From the NCBI GenBank assembly GCA_963733035.1, contig CAVTBU010000005.1:1056001-1120000 (forward strand): a stretch of DNA of 64,000 nt. Reading direction: 5' to 3'. Position 1 is the first letter of the stretch; every line of letters begins with the position of its first letter. This stretch comes from Pirellulales bacterium. GTDB lineage: Bacteria; Planctomycetota; Planctomycetia; Pirellulales; PALSA-1355. Shown in pieces: positions 53,174-64,000 of the stretch. Below the pieces are notes generated by a model. It searched no databases and was not told the DNA's origin. It saw only the letters and a list, made by a program, of their open reading frames with translations. The position numbers and the translations under genes were made by a program.

Positions 53174-53935
53174 ATGGCTGATCCAGCAGTGCCGGCCTCC
53201 GGCGGCGTCTATCGTCGAGTCGTGCTGAAGCTTTCCGGCGAAAGCTTCGCGCATGCCGGTGAACGCGGCATCTCGATGGAGGAGGTCGTGGCCATTGGCG
53301 GGCAGGTCTGCAAGGCGGCCCAAAGCGGCGTGCAAATTGCTATTGTCATCGGCGGAGGAAACATCCTCCGCGGGGCGCAGTTCACCGCCGGCAATTCAAG
53401 CATCCAGGAGGCCACGGCCCACTACATGGGCATGTTGGCCACGGTGATTAACGGCCTGGCGCTACAGGATGCCATTGAGTCGCTGGGGGTCGAAACCCGA
53501 CTGCTAACCGCCATCCGGATGGATGGCGTGGCCGAGCCATACATTCGACGCCGTGCGAAGCGACACCTGGAAAAAGGGCGGATCGTGATCCTGGCGGCCG
53601 GAACCGGCAGCCCGTTTGTGACCACCGACACCGCGGCCGCGCAGCGGGCATTGGAACTCGAAGCCGACATTTTGATGAAGGCCACCCGGGTCGACGGCGT
53701 GTATAGCGACGATCCGGAGAAGAACCCGCACGCCTTGCTGTACAGCGAACTGAGCTACAATTCGGTGCGTGAGCAGAATCTGCGGGTCATGGACTCCACG
53801 GCGATCACGCAGTGCATGGAACACGACATGCCGATTCTGGTGTTCAACTACAAGAAAGAAGGCAACATCGAGCGTGCCACGAGCGGTGCCCGCATCGGCA
53901 CGCTCATCAGCAGCCAGGTTGCCGTGACCAAGTAA
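53174..53935 (+). CDS. pyrH: UMP kinase
   Basis: [43 protein letters not shown]. Confidence 0.96.
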   Translation: MADPAVPASGGVYRRVVLKLSGESFAHAGERGISMEEVVAIGGQVCKAAQSGVQIAIVIGGGNILRGAQFTAGNSSIQEATAHYMGMLATVINGLALQDAIESLGVETRLLTAIRMDGVAEPYIRRRAKRHLEKGRIVILAAGTGSPFVTTDTAAAQRALELEADILMKATRVDGVYSDDPEKNPHALLYSELSYNSVREQNLRVMDSTAITQCMEHDMPILVFNYKKEGNIERATSGARIGTLISSQVAVTK

Positions 53936-54002
53936 CTCGCGCGGCGAAACGGCATGGCCGGCGGCACAGGCAAGTTCACCGCGAACGGAAAGGTAAACCA
54001 CC

Positions 54003-54563
54003 ATGAGCGTGGATGACATTCTGCTCGACGTCGAAGAGCGCATGGAAAAGGCCCTGGCCAAGCTCAAGGGCGACCTGGCCGGCATCCGCACGGGCCGGGC
54101 CAACCCGGGATTGGTCGACTCGCTGCGAGTCGAAGTTTATGGTTCGCCGACGCCGATCAAAACGATTGCTTCGGTGGGTGCCCCGGAACCGACGCAAATC
54201 GTCATTCGCCCGTTTGATCCCGGCACGCTGAAGGACATCGAAAAGGCCGTGCAGGCCAGTGGCCTGGGGCTCAACCCGCAGAACGACGGCCGGCTGATTC
54301 GGATCAACGTGCCACCCCTCTCGACCGAAGTGCGCAAGAAACTCAGCGGCCGCATCAAGGAACTCTCGGAAGAAGCTAAGATTTCGATCCGCAACGTCCG
54401 CCGCGACGGCAACAAGGCGGCCGATGGGGAACAAAAAGACAAGCTGATGACCGAGGACGAGCGGGACAGCGTGAAAAATGAGATTCAGGAAATGACCAAG
54501 AAGTTCGAGACCAAGGCCACGGACCTGGCCGCGGCCAAGGAAAAAGAGGTCATGGAAGACTGA
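54003..54563 (+). CDS. frr: Ribosome recycling factor
   Basis: IRTGRANP, LGLNPQNDG, IRNVRRD, KEKEVM. Confidence 0.97.
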   Translation: MSVDDILLDVEERMEKALAKLKGDLAGIRTGRANPGLVDSLRVEVYGSPTPIKTIASVGAPEPTQIVIRPFDPGTLKDIEKAVQASGLGLNPQNDGRLIRINVPPLSTEVRKKLSGRIKELSEEAKISIRNVRRDGNKAADGEQKDKLMTEDERDSVKNEIQEMTKKFETKATDLAAAKEKEVMED

Positions 54564-54625
54564 CGCTCGCCGGCAAGTCGACCGGCGGCCATTTGCGGAC
54601 GGCTGTCACCCCGTAAAGGTTCATC

Positions 54626-55489
54626 ATGTTGCGCACCGTTGTCCGTGTCCTGGTCTTGGGAGTTTTCGCGTTGAGCTGCAACCACCAGGCGGCGCAGGGC
54701 GCCGAAAAAACCGCGACGAGCGCCGCGCAAGCGAAGGTTTCGCAGCAGGGCGTGCTGATTATTGCGCATCGTGGAGACAGCAAGGTGGCGCCCGAAAACA
54801 CGCTGCCGGCGTTTGCCTCGGCGGTCAAGGCCGGAGCCGACCTGGTCGAGCTCGATTACTTGCATTCTTCCGACGGCGTGCCGGTCGTGTTTCACGACGG
54901 CGAGCTCGACCGTACGACGAACGCTTGCCAGTTGTGGGGCGGCACCAAGATTCCGCTGACTAGCAAACCGCTTGCGGAGCTGTTGACGCTGGATGCGGGA
55001 AGTTGGTTCGACGCGAAGTTTGCCGGCACGCGAATTCCCACGCTCGAGCAGGCCCTCGACACGATTCAAAACGGCTCGATGACGCTCATCGAACGCAAAC
55101 ACGGCGACGCGGCGACAGGCGTCAAGTTGCTCAACGACAAACAGCTTCTCGACCAGGTGGTGGTGCAAGCATTCGATTGGAACTTCCTCAAGGACTGCCA
55201 CGAGCTAGCACCGACGCTGGTGCTCGGTGCGCTCGGTCACAAGGAAGTTACGACCGAAAAGCTCGATCAGATCGCCAAGACGGGCGCTACGGTCGTCGGC
55301 TGGCAGGATCAGTACACCAGCGCCGAAACGATCAAGGCCATCCACGATCGCGGCTGGAAAGCTTGGGTCTGGACGGTCGACAGTCCCGAGCGTGCCGTCG
55401 CGCTGGTGCAAGCAGGCATCGACGGCATCATCACGAATCGCCCCGCGGAGATTCGTCGGGTCGTTTCCTCGGCCCAGGCGGCTCGGTAG
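54626..55489 (+). CDS. Glycerophosphodiester phosphodiesterase family lipoprotein
   Basis: Lipobox-like ALSC; IAHRG...PENTL, ELD, HD..LDRTT, WTVD, DGIITNRP. Confidence 0.9.
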   Translation: MLRTVVRVLVLGVFALSCNHQAAQGAEKTATSAAQAKVSQQGVLIIAHRGDSKVAPENTLPAFASAVKAGADLVELDYLHSSDGVPVVFHDGELDRTTNACQLWGGTKIPLTSKPLAELLTLDAGSWFDAKFAGTRIPTLEQALDTIQNGSMTLIERKHGDAATGVKLLNDKQLLDQVVVQAFDWNFLKDCHELAPTLVLGALGHKEVTTEKLDQIAKTGATVVGWQDQYTSAETIKAIHDRGWKAWVWTVDSPERAVALVQAGIDGIITNRPAEIRRVVSSAQAAR

Positions 55490-55574
55490 GGATGGAACGC
55501 CGCCGGCTGGCGGCCCGTGTCGCGACAGCGGCCGTATCTTTTTCCCGCGGGACGCTTTAGGTGGCGAATTCGTC

Positions 55575-55604
55575 TTGACCGGTCGCGCGGCGGATCCGTA
55601 TAGT
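55575..55604 (+). promoter_or_regulatory. Sigma70-type promoter candidate
   Basis: TTGACC-N18-TATAGT upstream of 55685. Confidence 0.45.
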
Positions 55605-55684
55605 GCCCGCCCTGACCGGCCAGGAAGGCCACGACCTCTCGAAGACGACCCACACGGTCCCGCCGCAAGCGTGGAGATTTTGCT

Positions 55685-57666
55685 ATGGATGGCAATCAAC
55701 ACACGAACGAACCCCCGCGCCCCAAACGACCCCTGCGACGCGCCGGTTGGCTGCTGAGTGGACTGGTCCTGGTTGGCGTATGTGTCGCGGTACGATGGAA
55801 TTGGCCGGCTGGTCCGGCCGCCGCGCAGTCTCCACGAGGCGGCGTGCGACAGGCATCGGCCATCGATCGCAGCCAGCCGCCCAGTCCGCCTCAGGCAGGT
55901 TCACCGGGCGGCGCGGCCCTTGCTCCGCGGAAGAATCCCGTCGCGGCCTTGGTCAATAACGATCCGATTTCGCGCGAGGACCTGGCTGGCGAGTGTTTGC
56001 TGCACTACGGCAACGAAGTACTCGAAAGCATGCTGAACCGGGCCCTGATTCAGGTCAGTTGCCAGAGCCGCAACATCACGATCACTCCGCAGGACGTCGA
56101 CGCCGAGATTGAACGGATGGCTCGCAAGTTTCAGGTCGGCAAGGACCAGTGGCTGCAGATGCTCCAAAAGGAACGTGGCATAACTCCCGATCGCTATGCC
56201 AACGACATCGTATGGCCAACGCTCGCCCTCCGCGAATTGGCCAAACAGAAGATCCAGATCACCCGCCGCGAGCTTGACGAGGCCTACGAAAGCGAATTTG
56301 GACCGGGTGTCAAAGTGCGTCTGATCGCAATGGACGACCTGGAAAAGGCGCGTTCGATTCGCACCCAAGCCGTCCAGCGCCGGAGGACTTCGAGGCGCTG
56401 GCCAAGAACCATTCGCAAGACGCCAATAGCGCGAGCGCATACGGTTTGATTCAGCCTATTCGCCGGCACATGGGAGACCCAAACCTGGAGCAAGCGGCTT
56501 TTGCTCTGAAAAAAGGGGAGGTCTCCGAAATCGTGCAAGTCGGCAACCTCTATGTTTTCGTCAAATGCGAGGAACACCTGCCGGCCACCAAGGGCATCGA
56601 TCGCGCCAAGGTCGAGCCGCATTTGTACGACGCGCTTCGCGAGCGAAAGCTCCGCAGCGCCTCGAACGACGTCTTCAAACAACTGCAGAGCGAAGCGCGG
56701 GTCGAAAACATTTTCAACGACCCGGTCAAGAGCCAGCAGATGCCCGGCGTGGCCGCCATTGTCAACGGCCACAAGATCAGCATCCGCCAGCTGTCTGAAG
56801 AATGCCTGGAACGCTACGGCGACGACGTGCTGGATGGCACGATCAACCGCAAGATTATCGAGCAAGCCCTGATCAAGAAGCACCTCAAGGTCGATGATGC
56901 CGAGCTGCACGCCGAGATCGAGCGAGCCGCCCTGGCGATGGGCAAGATCGACGAGCAAGGTCGAGCCGACGTGGCCGGGTGGCTCGAGTACGTGACCTCC
57001 CAGGAAGGAATCACCAAGGAAATCTACCTTCGTGACGAGGTCTGGCCCTCGGCGGCACTGAAGAAACTGGTGGATGGCGCGGTCATGGTCACGCCGGAAG
57101 ATATGGAGCGCGGCTACGAAGCCAACTACGGCAAGAAGGTTCGCTGCCGGGCAATCGTGCTCAACAATCAGCGGCGAGCACAGGAAGTGTGGGACAAGGC
57201 CCGCGAAGCGCTCCGCGAGGGGCGTGAACACGGACTCAAGGTGTTCGGTGATTTGGCGGCCGAATACTCGATCGAAGTCGGCAGCCGCTCGCTGCGCGGC
57301 GAGGTACCGCCGATCCAAAAGTATGGCGGACAGCCGATCCTCGAGAAGGAAGCGTTTACGCTCGGCCCGGCCAATCCTCTCTCGGGCATCGTGCAAGTGG
57401 GAGGTACCTATGTGATCCTACTGTTTGAGGGGTACACGAAGCCGATTGATACCAGCTTTGCCGAGGTGAAGAGCCTGATTTACGCGGACATTCACGAGAA
57501 AAAGTTGCGCGTGGCGATGGCCAAAGCCTTCGAGAGTCTGAAGGACAATTCGCAAGTCGACAACTTCTTTACCAACGAAATGAAGCCCAAGAAAAAGCCC
57601 CTCGTCCAGACCCCCGAGACGGCCATCGAGACGGGCTTGCCGATTCCGAAGGTCCATCGGAGATAA
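55685..57666 (+). CDS. SurA/PrsA-like peptidyl-prolyl isomerase with duplicated modules (frameshift near 56375)
   Basis: Two A.VN...IS...L..ECL..YG..VL modules; F..LA...S.(D/E) parvulin-like motifs. Confidence 0.85.
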
Positions 57667-57855
57667 CCCCCCGGGCAAGAAGGCGAACATCGCCGCGGCC
57701 GAAGGTGTCGCTAGAAAGCGGCCGGGTCGTGGCCGTTCCGCCAGGGCCGGAGTCCGGTTATGCTAAATACCGGTGGCATGCGGTGAACTGCGTGGTTTTA
57801 TCAGCCCAGGCATGCCCCTGGGCTGTTTCGCTTTCCACGAAAGCAAAGTGCGACG

Positions 57856-59133
57856 ATGAGTCACGAGAACGAATCGGACAACCCGGCGATGAACACGGCC
57901 CCCTTTCAGATTGAACTGGCCGATCGCGTCAAGCGACTGCCACCTTATCTGTTCGCGCGGATTAACGCCGTGAAGTACCAGAAGCGCCGGGCCGGCGACG
58001 ACGTGATCGACCTGGGAATGGGCAATCCGTCGGATCCGCCCGAGGAACTGGTGATCGAAAAACTGGCCGAGGCGGCCCGCGATCCGCGCAACCACGGCTA
58101 CAGCAAGTCGACCGGCATCGTCAATCTGCGGCGCGAGGTGGCGAGCAAGTATCTCAAGAAATACGGCGCACGGCTGGACCCGGAAAGCGAAGTCATCGTC
58201 TGCCTGGGTTCGAAAGAAGGCTTCAGCCACATTTGCCTGGCATTGGTGGGACCTGGCGACACGGCCATCGTGCCGGCGCCCTATTTTCCCGTGCACGTCT
58301 ATGCCGTGGCGCTCGCGGCGGCCAACGTGATTGCGTTGGAGGTTGCCGACAGCGAGAAGTTCCTCTCGAACATCGCCTATACCTGCCAGCACTTGTATCC
58401 GAAGCCGAAGTTGTTGATCCTCAACTATCCTCACAACCCGTCGACCGTCACGATCGAGCGCGATTTCTACGTCGATGTTGTGAAGCTGGCGCGGCGCTAT
58501 GGCTTCATGGTGATCAGCGATTTTGCCTATGCCGACGTCGCATTCGACGGCTATCAACCGCCCAGTTTCCTGTCGGTGCCCGGGGCCAAGGACGTCGGCG
58601 TCGAGTTCACGACGATGAGCAAGGGCTACAACATGGCCGGTTGGCGCGTTGGTTTTTGTGCTGGCAATGCCGAGATGGTGCGCGCCTTGGCGACCATCAA
58701 AACCTATTATGACTACGGCATGTTTCAGCCGATTCAAATCGCGGCCATCCTGGCCCTGCGGCATACCGATGCCGCGGTCGAGGCGCAAAGCATTCTCTAC
58801 CAGCGCCGCCGCGACGTACTCTGCGACGGCTTGCGACGCATTGGTTGGGATATCACGCCGCCCCGGGCCGGCATGTTCGTGTGGGCCAAGATTCCCGAGC
58901 CCTGGGCCAGCCAAATGGACACCATGCAGTTCGCCACGAAGCTCCTGGAAGAAGGGGACGTGGCCGCCAGCCCGGGTAGTGGTTTTGGGCCGGCGGGCGA
59001 GGGCTATCTGCGGCTGGCGCTCGTCGAGAACGAAAACCGTCTGCGACAGGCGGTACGGCAGATCGGCCGCTGCCTGGGAAGCGAATCGCGCCCTTCCGGC
59101 GCGGTCGCGGGCGATCCTCGTGCGGCAGGCTAA
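57856..59133 (+). CDS. Class I/II PLP aminotransferase (AlaC / LL-DAP aminotransferase-like)
   Basis: [43 protein letters not shown]. Confidence 0.9.
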   Translation: MSHENESDNPAMNTAPFQIELADRVKRLPPYLFARINAVKYQKRRAGDDVIDLGMGNPSDPPEELVIEKLAEAARDPRNHGYSKSTGIVNLRREVASKYLKKYGARLDPESEVIVCLGSKEGFSHICLALVGPGDTAIVPAPYFPVHVYAVALAAANVIALEVADSEKFLSNIAYTCQHLYPKPKLLILNYPHNPSTVTIERDFYVDVVKLARRYGFMVISDFAYADVAFDGYQPPSFLSVPGAKDVGVEFTTMSKGYNMAGWRVGFCAGNAEMVRALATIKTYYDYGMFQPIQIAAILALRHTDAAVEAQSILYQRRRDVLCDGLRRIGWDITPPRAGMFVWAKIPEPWASQMDTMQFATKLLEEGDVAASPGSGFGPAGEGYLRLALVENENRLRQAVRQIGRCLGSESRPSGAVAGDPRAAG

Positions 59134-59281
59134 CGGTCCCCGCGCTGGTCTGATCGCGCGACTTTTCGCGAGATTACGGCCTGGATCGGGCTCCTCAACG
59201 ACGCGAGTCGTTTCAGCAAGGTAGAGTTGTTCGGACTTTGGACCGAACTCCCCTGCCCTTTTTGCTTGCACGTGTGACCCG

Positions 59282-60136
59282 ATGAAATCCGCCCAGTTTC
59301 AGCTCCACGCCCAAATCGAAGAACAACATTGGTGGTTCGTTGCCCGCCGTCAAATCCTGGCCGAAGTGATTCACGCGGTGCTACCGCCGTCGAAGTCGAC
59401 GACCATCGTGGACGTCGGCTGCGGAACCGGAGCCAACCTGGCGACGTTGGCCTCGGACTACGAGTGCGTCGGCATCGATACGTCGGCCGACGCGATCCGG
59501 CTGGCCCAGGCCCGTTTTCCTAGCGTGGAGTTTATTCGCGGCATGGCGCCGCGCGATTTGGGGTCGGTGGTCGACCGCACACGGTTGGTGTTGCTCACCG
59601 ACGTGCTCGAACACGTGCCGGATGATTTCGCGTTGTTCAGCGAACTGCTGGCCGCTGTACAGCCGGGGACGTACTTTCTCGTGACGGTGCCTGCCGAGCA
59701 GGCCTTGTGGAGCGAACACGACGAGTCGTTTGGCCACTATCGACGCTACGACCCGTCGCGGCTCGAAGCCGTCTGGCAGGGATTGCCGGTGCGCCCGGTG
59801 TTCGTAACGTACTACAACTCGCGGCTCTATCCGCTGGTGAAGGCCGTCCGCCAATGGAACCGGCTTCGCGGCAAGTCGGGCGGCGAGGCCGGCACGGACT
59901 TTCGTCTGCCAACGCCCGCGGTTAATCATGCCTTGGCTCGAATCTTTGCCGGCGAGCGAGACCGTCTGGTGGGGATGGCGCGCGGCCAGTGCCGCGCACC
60001 GTATCCGCGCGGCGTGAGCCTGATGGCGCTGCTCAGCCGGGCAGCCGGGCCCGTGCAAGTCCGCAGCAAGCCGGCGCTGTTGGCGCCGGACTTCTTCGAC
60101 CCAAACGCCGAGTTGGCATTCGCTGGCGCGATCTGA
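59282..60136 (+). CDS. Class I SAM-dependent methyltransferase
   Basis: HWWFVARR, VDVGCGTG, DVLEH, LWSEHDE..GHYRRY. Confidence 0.88.
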   Translation: MKSAQFQLHAQIEEQHWWFVARRQILAEVIHAVLPPSKSTTIVDVGCGTGANLATLASDYECVGIDTSADAIRLAQARFPSVEFIRGMAPRDLGSVVDRTRLVLLTDVLEHVPDDFALFSELLAAVQPGTYFLVTVPAEQALWSEHDESFGHYRRYDPSRLEAVWQGLPVRPVFVTYYNSRLYPLVKAVRQWNRLRGKSGGEAGTDFRLPTPAVNHALARIFAGERDRLVGMARGQCRAPYPRGVSLMALLSRAAGPVQVRSKPALLAPDFFDPNAELAFAGAI

Positions 60137-60148
60137 AGCTGGCAGCGA

Positions 60149-61471
60149 CTAGAACTGGCCGATCTGGGTGAAGTTGGTGTAGGAGTACGTTCCCGAGAAG
60201 GGGACGACGCCGTAAATCCCTTTGGTGAAGATCAAGTCGATCATGTTCGTCGTCCAGAGGATGCGGGACTTCGGCACGATCACCAAATCAGCGTCGCTGA
60301 GCCAGATTTCTCCTGCCGGGCAGGGAACTTTGCCGAGCAGGGCATTGCGCAGGTTGACCGTCGTGGCAATCAGACGCCAGTCATCCGCCCGGCGAAAGAT
60401 CACAACTTGCGCGATATGCGCGCCGTTATTGTAACTGCCAGCCATGGAGATCGCCTGCATCACCGTGGTGGGCGCTTCGAGCGTGTAGCGGCCCGGCAAC
60501 TTCACTTCACCCACCACGAAGACGTACCGGGGCGCGCGCTGCGTGAGGACGGGTATGACCTCAATGCCTTCGATCTTTTCGTTGAATCGGGCGTTTAATT
60601 CGCGGGCGAACTCGTCGATGGTGAGCCCCTGCGCGGGCACCGAGGCAACCGCCGGCAATTGAATCGTTCCCTCGGGCGTCACCCGGCTGTGAAGCACCTG
60701 GCCGCCGAAACCAGATCGACCGCTCACCGTATACCGCAAGTCCTCAAGCTTGGTATCCACCTTGATTGGCGTCACCGTTATCGCAGGGACCTTGTAGTAC
60801 TTCTTGTAAAGTTCGTCCAAATCGCTTTTCAACTGGGGTATCGTGCGATTGGCGGCGCGAACCTGCCCCAAAAGCGGCAGCGTGATCGTGCCGTCGGGCA
60901 GTACGATCAGGTTGCGACGCAAGTCACGATCGGTGGCCGACTCGACAATTAACTCGTCGCCGACGTTGATCTCGTAGGCCTTGGGCGTCTCGTCGCGCGT
61001 CACGCGAAACACGAATTCCAGCATGTCGTCGACACGTAATCGGTAGGTCGGCACGTGCGGCAAACGGGCCCGGCCGACGTACTCACCTTGCGAATACTCC
61101 TGAAAGTCGGGCGTGGGGGCCAATGCCGACCAGCCGCGCTGCGTGCGGCAGGAGCCGCTATTCACGCAGTCCACGGCCGGCGTGGGGTTCGGGGAGGCCG
61201 GCGTCAGATGCTGGCATAGTTGCACGCGTCCTTCGCCCGTCACGTCAGGCGGTTGCCAGGGAGCCCGCAACGATGCGGTGCCGTTCGCCGCAGGGGGCGG
61301 AGCCGCCTCAGTCCGGTCGGACTTGGCGCCGTCGAGCCAAGCAGTCGCCATGGCCAACAAAGCCAGGCTCGCCAGGCAAGTGACGATTGCGCGACTGCGG
61401 CGATTGGGGATCGACGCCACCGGACCGCATGGGAGACGTCGCTCGGCAAAGCGTGCCAACAAAAACTTCAT
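60149..61471 (-). CDS. Polysaccharide biosynthesis/export (Wza-like, SLBB) protein
   Basis: YEINVGDEL, VLPDGTITLPLLGQV, VFVVGEVKLPGRY, DLVIVPKS. Confidence 0.88.
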   Translation of the reverse strand: MKFLLARFAERRLPCGPVASIPNRRSRAIVTCLASLALLAMATAWLDGAKSDRTEAAPPPAANGTASLRAPWQPPDVTGEGRVQLCQHLTPASPNPTPAVDCVNSGSCRTQRGWSALAPTPDFQEYSQGEYVGRARLPHVPTYRLRVDDMLEFVFRVTRDETPKAYEINVGDELIVESATDRDLRRNLIVLPDGTITLPLLGQVRAANRTIPQLKSDLDELYKKYYKVPAITVTPIKVDTKLEDLRYTVSGRSGFGGQVLHSRVTPEGTIQLPAVASVPAQGLTIDEFARELNARFNEKIEGIEVIPVLTQRAPRYVFVVGEVKLPGRYTLEAPTTVMQAISMAGSYNNGAHIAQVVIFRRADDWRLIATTVNLRNALLGKVPCPAGEIWLSDADLVIVPKSRILWTTNMIDLIFTKGIYGVVPFSGTYSYTNFTQIGQF

Positions 61472-61492
61472 GTTCAGCGCCTCTCCCGCACT

Positions 61493-62985
61493 TTAGCGTT
61501 GGAAACTCCAGGGAAACCAACTGCCCCGTTCTTTGCCCGCCGTTGCCGCTTCCGGCGCCGTCGACCCGGGAACCGGCGCGGCGCCTGCCGGCGATTGCGC
61601 CACCGGTGGAAGTACCGCGTCGCTGGCCGGCGCGCTGCTGGCGAACGTTACCGGATCAACCCACTGGACGGACGGACCGTTTCGCCGGTGTCCGGCACGC
61701 TCCATGGCGAGCGACTGATGCATGGCCTGTTCGGCCAATTGCGTCTCGCCCAGCTTCGCGTGTACGATCGCCAGGTTGCGAAGCGTGGCCGGATGCGGCG
61801 AGATGCGCACGCTGTGGGCAAACAAGTTTCGGGCGTGGACCCAGTCGCCGTTTTCGGCCAATACCACCCCAAGTTCGTTTGCCGCCCGGAAATTCGCCCC
61901 ATCGGCCATCAAGGCCGACTGGTATAAGACCATGGCTTGCGCCGGGCTTCCATCCGTTGGGCTGAACTGGCCTCGGGCGAGGTCGCCGCCATCTTGCCGA
62001 GGCCGTACAGCGCGATCGAACAGCGTGACTCTCCGGCGGCCGCGCCAGCCAGTTGCTCCTGTGCAAAGGTGTAATAGCGACGTGCGGCCACAAGTGGAGA
62101 AATCGAGGCAATTTCATCTTCATTGAGGATGCGCGTGCGGTGCCCGCTGACAACACGTTCGATGTCAAGTTGCTTGCCCACCGGACGTTGGCGGACGAAG
62201 TCGCGGCTTTCCTCCAAGGCAGCCAGTCCGGCCACGAGCGACTTGGTGTAGAACTGCGTGTCGCGCTGTAAGTCATTCGCCTGGGCCACCAGTTCGAGCA
62301 CGGCCAGGAATTCCGACCGTGCCAAATACACGGCTCCACGTTCGGCTAGACGGAAACCAAGCTGCAGACGCTGTTCGGCTTGTTCGAGCACGGCCTGCAT
62401 TTCCGGACTCGACGCGGGCGTGGCAGCCCACGGCAACATGCCACGTTCCGGCGGAAGCGGTGGAATCGTCAGGGGCAGCCGCTCGCTGGTCGTCGCCGGC
62501 GGCGGAACCATCGATTCGAGCATCCGCGGTTCGCTAACTACTCCTGGAGCATCCAGTGCCGATGGCATCGGATCGACAAGTTCCGGCATGGCGCTGAGCT
62601 CGTTCTCGGGCACCCCGGCAGCGGCCTCGGTGCTCGGGTCGGGAATCGCGAACCGCACGTCGGCGGCTCCGGCGCTTGGTGTCGGCGAATCGTCACCGTC
62701 CGACTTTGGTCGATTGGCATAATCCATTCGTCGGCGCAACTCATCCGCGTCCGACGGCTCGATCGACGGCAAGGCGTAGTCAGGCGGCGCGGGCCGCTCA
62801 AGCGACGTCGGAGCAACGGTGCCGGGCGCGACCCAGCGCCACGGACCGGGCGAGCCCTGCTGCAACTCGGCCAGCACCTGAGGCGCGGCGGCCTCTGGTG
62901 CGGGCGACTGCTTTGCTGGGCAGCCGACGCTTAGCCCAAGGGTAGGCACGAGCAGCGCGTAGGCAGCAAAGGCGGTTCGATCCAT
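61493..62985 (-). CDS. TPR-like lipoprotein (frameshift near 61945)
   Basis: Lipobox-like LSVGC, Pro-rich linker, helical region, AANELGVVLAENG; co-oriented upstream of the Wza-like gene. Confidence 0.7.
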
Positions 62986-63259
62986 CGCGTCGACTGATCC
63001 CTTCCGTGCGGGGTGCGCGGCATGACTCCGTTATGCCGCGCGTAAGCTATTTCAGCGATCGACCGGCTGCGCTAGGCGCCCGGAACAAATTCGCTGCAAT
63101 TGCGCGCCATTGGAACACCCGAAGCCCGCTTAGCCGTCAAAGAGCGCGCGTGCCGAACGCCCCCTTCGGCACGAGCGGAAAGAGCGGTTCGGCCTGCTCT
63201 GTTCGCTTCGAGCGGCGCTGGTGGCGCAACCGGCATAACAAGCGTCTGATCGTGACGAT

Positions 63260-64000
63260 TCAAGAATCGCGGGCCAGCAGAGTTTGCAGATGCAATTCGA
63301 CACAGCCGGCAAGGATGCCGGTGTTGTATCCCCCCTCCAAAATGCTAATCACTTTGCCGCCGCTATAGTCCGCGGCGACGTCGAGCACCATTTCGGTCAA
63401 CGGGGCAAAGTCTTCAGTCTGGAGCCCCAGCGAACCGACCGGATCATCGGCATGAGCGTCAAAACCGGCGCTGATGAGCACCAACTCCGGATTGATGCGC
63501 TCGGCCAGCTTTTCCAGGCCGCGACGAAAATGATCGAGATACGCGTCGCGTGAGATACCAAACTCGACAGGCAAATTCAGCTTCGTCCCCAGCGCCGCGC
63601 CCGTGCCCGTTTCGTCAGTCCGCCCCGTCCCCGGATAAAACGGCCAGCGGTGAATCGAGAGGAAGCCGACTTGGGAGTCTTCCCAAAAAGTCGCCTGCGT
63701 TCCGTTGCCATGGTGGACGTCCCAGTCGACCACAAGCACGCGATTGAGCGAGAACTCGCCGATTGCCGCGCGGGCCGCGATGGCGATGTTGTTGAGCAGG
63801 CAAAACCCCATGGGAGCAGCATGCAGGGCATGATGCCCGGGCGGCCGCACCAGGCAAATGGCCTGCGTGTCCTCGCCGCGAATCACCCGATTCACGGCGT
63901 CACAGGCCGCGCCGGCGGCGAGTTTTGCCGCGTCGTAGGATCGCGGACTACAGACGGTGTCTTCTTCGATTCTCCCGCCGCCGGAGGCGCAATAGGCGTG
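63260..64000 (-). CDS. Histone deacetylase family amidohydrolase (5' end outside window)
   Basis: [39 protein letters not shown]. Confidence 0.93.
   Translation of the reverse strand, partial: HAYCASGGGRIEEDTVCSPRSYDAAKLAAGAACDAVNRVIRGEDTQAICLVRPPGHHALHAAPMGFCLLNNIAIAARAAIGEFSLNRVLVVDWDVHHGNGTQATFWEDSQVGFLSIHRWPFYPGTGRTDETGTGAALGTKLNLPVEFGISRDAYLDHFRRGLEKLAERINPELVLISAGFDAHADDPVGSLGLQTEDFAPLTEMVLDVAADYSGGKVISILEGGYNTGILAGCVELHLQTLLARDS

Noticed and set aside
57763..59271. Long antisense ORFs (also 547..1533, 13080..14117, 21232..22338, 45421..46755)
   Set aside because: Shadow frames of well-supported genes in high-GC DNA.

Overview
GC-rich bacterial chromosomal window, most likely a planctomycete (Pirellulales-like), judged from DUF1559, PVC-type CxxCH, YTV-repeat and multiple PEP-CTERM proteins. 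Housekeeping blocks (purA-uppS-cdsA, ppdK, phoH-HD-ybeY, rex, tRNA-Gln, rpsB-tsf-pyrH-frr) alternate with accessory surface and conflict genes. About ten genes carry apparent single-base frameshifts, including purA, which points to assembly indel errors. Highlights: (1) a secreted Cys-rich YTV-repeat protein with two arms of exactly 16 x 16-aa repeats, whose W/Y variant order in arm 1 is the exact mirror of the K/T order in arm 2, implying a register-coded giant beta-hairpin fibre; (2) one 1060-aa ORF that reads as two complete PEP-CTERM proteins in tandem (FG-GAP/ASPIC plus vanadium haloperoxidase) with an internal sorting signal and second signal peptide; (3) a Tox-REase-5/Imm52 toxin-immunity locus with an unrecognised N-terminus, preceded by a perfect 21-bp inverted repeat; (4) a diverged in-frame copy of the gldA 3' end bracketing a PEP-CTERM gene. 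All family assignments are from motif recognition by eye; no database searches were run.
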